This document shows, one piece after another, positions 63,001 through 64,000 of a stretch of DNA of 64,000 nt (the first letter of the stretch is position 1; every line of letters starts with the position of its first letter). The stretch is from the NCBI GenBank assembly GCA_965178125.1, contig OZ237761.1, positions 682,001 through 746,000 of the forward strand, written 5' to 3'. The notes beneath the pieces were generated by a model that was not told where the DNA came from, made no database searches, and saw only the letters and a program-made list of their open reading frames with translations. The stretch is from Bilabrum cf. latius. Lineage: Eukaryota. A program made the position numbers and the translations under genes.

Positions 63001-64000
63001 TCCCGCTGCTCGCCGCCGGCGGGTGCTAACCAGCCACGCCGAGCCGGCATGCGCACTGGAGGCCAGGCGACTCTGCAGAGGGGGCAGCTGGCCCAGGGGA
63101 AACGACCCCGAGGTGGGGTCAGCGCGCCGGGGCGGTGGCCCCCCGGTGCCCGTGTCTACCCCTGATGACGGGCGGGCCTTTGACTTGGATCCCAAGACAC
63201 GGCCGTCTCTGCTGCCCGGCTCGGGGGTGGGTGGGCACGCGCCCGCAGCGACAAGGATTGCGGCGCATCTTTCCCTCACAGCATGAGTCAGCGCCTGCTC
63301 GGTCGAGGCCGAGGCCGAGGCCGCTTTGCCTGCGCTTGTGCCGCTCCTTGCGTCGTCGCCCGGCGTGCTGAACGCCGTGCAGTGCAGTGCACCCAAGCGA
63401 ACCACGGACGCCATGACTTCGGCCCGATGCCCTACGTCTCCCTCCTCGCCCGCACTACCTCCCCCGCTGCTCCCTGCCACACCTCCCCCGCTGCTCCCTG
63501 CCACAGCCCACTTCAGGGCCTCCCTGGCCGCCTGAAGCCTCTCTCTCGCTGCCGCGCTCCCTGGCCCCAGCCTCGCGCTTGCCTGCGCCGCGGCCACCAG
63601 CTCCAGGGCCGCCCTGGCGCGCTCCCAGCCCCGCGTCTCCTCCTCGAAGGACGCATCATCGGCCCCTGTGACGGGCACCCAGGCCTCGTCCAGCACCCTG
63701 GCGGCGTGCTCCACCAGGCCGGGCGCCACCGTCAGGTCCGGAGCCACCAGGGCGTGGGCGGCTCGGCCCGCGGCCGCGAGCACGTTAATGCCACGCAGAA
63801 GCTCGCCAGCCACGTCGGAACCGAGCGACAGCTCCACCCGCCGCAGGAGTGTCTGCCTGGCTGCAAGCACGGTCCGGGCCTGAGCCTGGTCGGGCGTCTC
63901 GAGCGCAGCCCGGCTGGGCAACGCCGGCCCAAAAATGACGCGATTTTTATCGCCAGCAGTGCCTTTCGAAGAAATGCCACTGGAAATTGGTGCCAGCTTC
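60094..64000 (-). CDS. Large hypothetical protein (>1300 aa), helical/ARM-like segments, acidic insert, C-terminal coiled coil and RG repeats; 5'-partial
   Basis: Open frame from beyond the window end to TGA at 60094, with no internal stop. Confidence 0.7.
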   Translation of the reverse strand, partial: KLAPISSGISSKGTAGDKNRVIFGPALPSRAALETPDQAQARTVLAARQTLLRRVELSLGSDVAGELLRGINVLAAAGRAAHALVAPDLTVAPGLVEHAARVLDEAWVPVTGADDASFEEETRGWERARAALELVAAAQASARLGPGSAAARERLQAAREALKWAVAGSSGGGVAGSSGGGSAGEEGDVGHRAEVMASVVRLGALHCTAFSTPGDDARSGTSAGKAASASASTEQALTHAVRERCAAILVAAGACPPTPEPGSRDGRVLGSKSKARPSSGVDTGTGGPPPRRADPTSGSFPLGQLPPLQSRLASSAHAGSAWLVSTRRRRAAGCTVPWGELADLLGVAVEAGAPDGSESDREAALTGASVVDRARAGWTLSDRAGAGGVLGSPGAGRKRRRVTGDGSSTDLAPVLGLDDPISEGVPGSNSMRWLGHTEAYAARPELTSEGAAAGHDLLSAVGLASCAAQPGLHDGSSSLHQDGAAQLPVEPETGTGTSMATGTWMGAGAALGVHGVVSRAMLSALRSALYDDRAPKNAAVAAQCPRLIRSVSRFLLARDRDLRVLAMETVAPLLAVADFTGESYAAALVTGTRHAMGPVARSASFEPLAGFYRQCLGDVVPLLLGALERDGRREDDVSAQAEFYLVADIVASAVRQNASLAGVVQLSASQQLLAVLGRLMRKQCPGMEDIQWPHDGAEGEAGVGTGAHGAVSSSSQSAHPMPSFSLLSDPAADTRGHPGTLPGDVPMLLPEVQGEGGVGLDEQGPSGDGAAWAGGDRGASSVGGQGQSSVPMEQGGGGGLGEGAGEGEGGLGDEDEDEIPPLAGGLVDAGEGDGGVDEDAVLVDDDEGEGDGDGEEDGDEENALQHAAEVRRGMQEVLRLKGTRHAFRGDSVPPGGDSQAHSLSLSLDPTNPWALQKGSNGRDSMKGTDFAEGRRAAAGATTGSGSGSGSGLVQSRFPYQPAGQPAPFLTIAGASIDLAKGLGASGTRGEKEPSASVNVNQIGRAGAGVGAEPSRDQVPQGPSATDTEPTGGELARARMLARDGALRLVHSIAVQARARRVTLLRTPGVLQGIVHCCTTLGGAASAPRAAFECMQLLLGPAGGRTAAVAAQSLILESPEGEPESPLDALRRAAQLWVPVTGSLVARSSLHRLVGHDVGHTLRRRAAEASVSHEATRQAAVQALRAAHSAVQQHGVGGEGVAAVAVRGRLAAEHAGEAHRLEAEAQAAAMRARRLMAIAEQEDLEAARRRQRNERGRHRQIAYRAQQAAWKERVKGWHRGRGRGRGRGRGRGGGGGVELGAY

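Overview
This is gene-dense, GC-rich eukaryotic nuclear DNA from a protist. It has short (~90-200 nt) GT-AG introns and mostly short spacers; gene style suggests a heterotrophic stramenopile such as a bicosoecid, but that is low-confidence inference. The ORF track looks shattered because this genome appears to use a non-standard nuclear code in which TAG is a sense codon (most likely Gln) while TAA and TGA remain stops. Reading through TAG alone joins the fragments into 18 coherent genes. I counted about 95 in-frame TAGs in 13 of them, including housekeeping genes POP5, DPAGT1 and PGM2, and every model ends in TGA (15) or TAA (3), never TAG. The genes are: a secreted hypothetical protein, POP5 (invisible in the ORF track), THOC3-like WD40, a ~4040-aa TM/pseudo-cyclase/Ser-Thr kinase fusion, a C11orf65-like IQ protein, an ankyrin-repeat protein, a family X polymerase lacking catalytic Asps, a GT8 glycosyltransferase, a coactosin-like protein, an ELWxxDGT-like repeat membrane protein, DPAGT1, a hypothetical (possibly MEI4/PRD2-like) protein, PGM2, an SLC25 carrier, two convergent M8 leishmanolysin-like paralogs, a ~2370-aa FG-GAP surface protein and a 5'-partial hypothetical gene. 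A perfect 1.7-kb (TGTCC)n array lies at 34266-35950. All counts and family calls were made by eye, without database searches.
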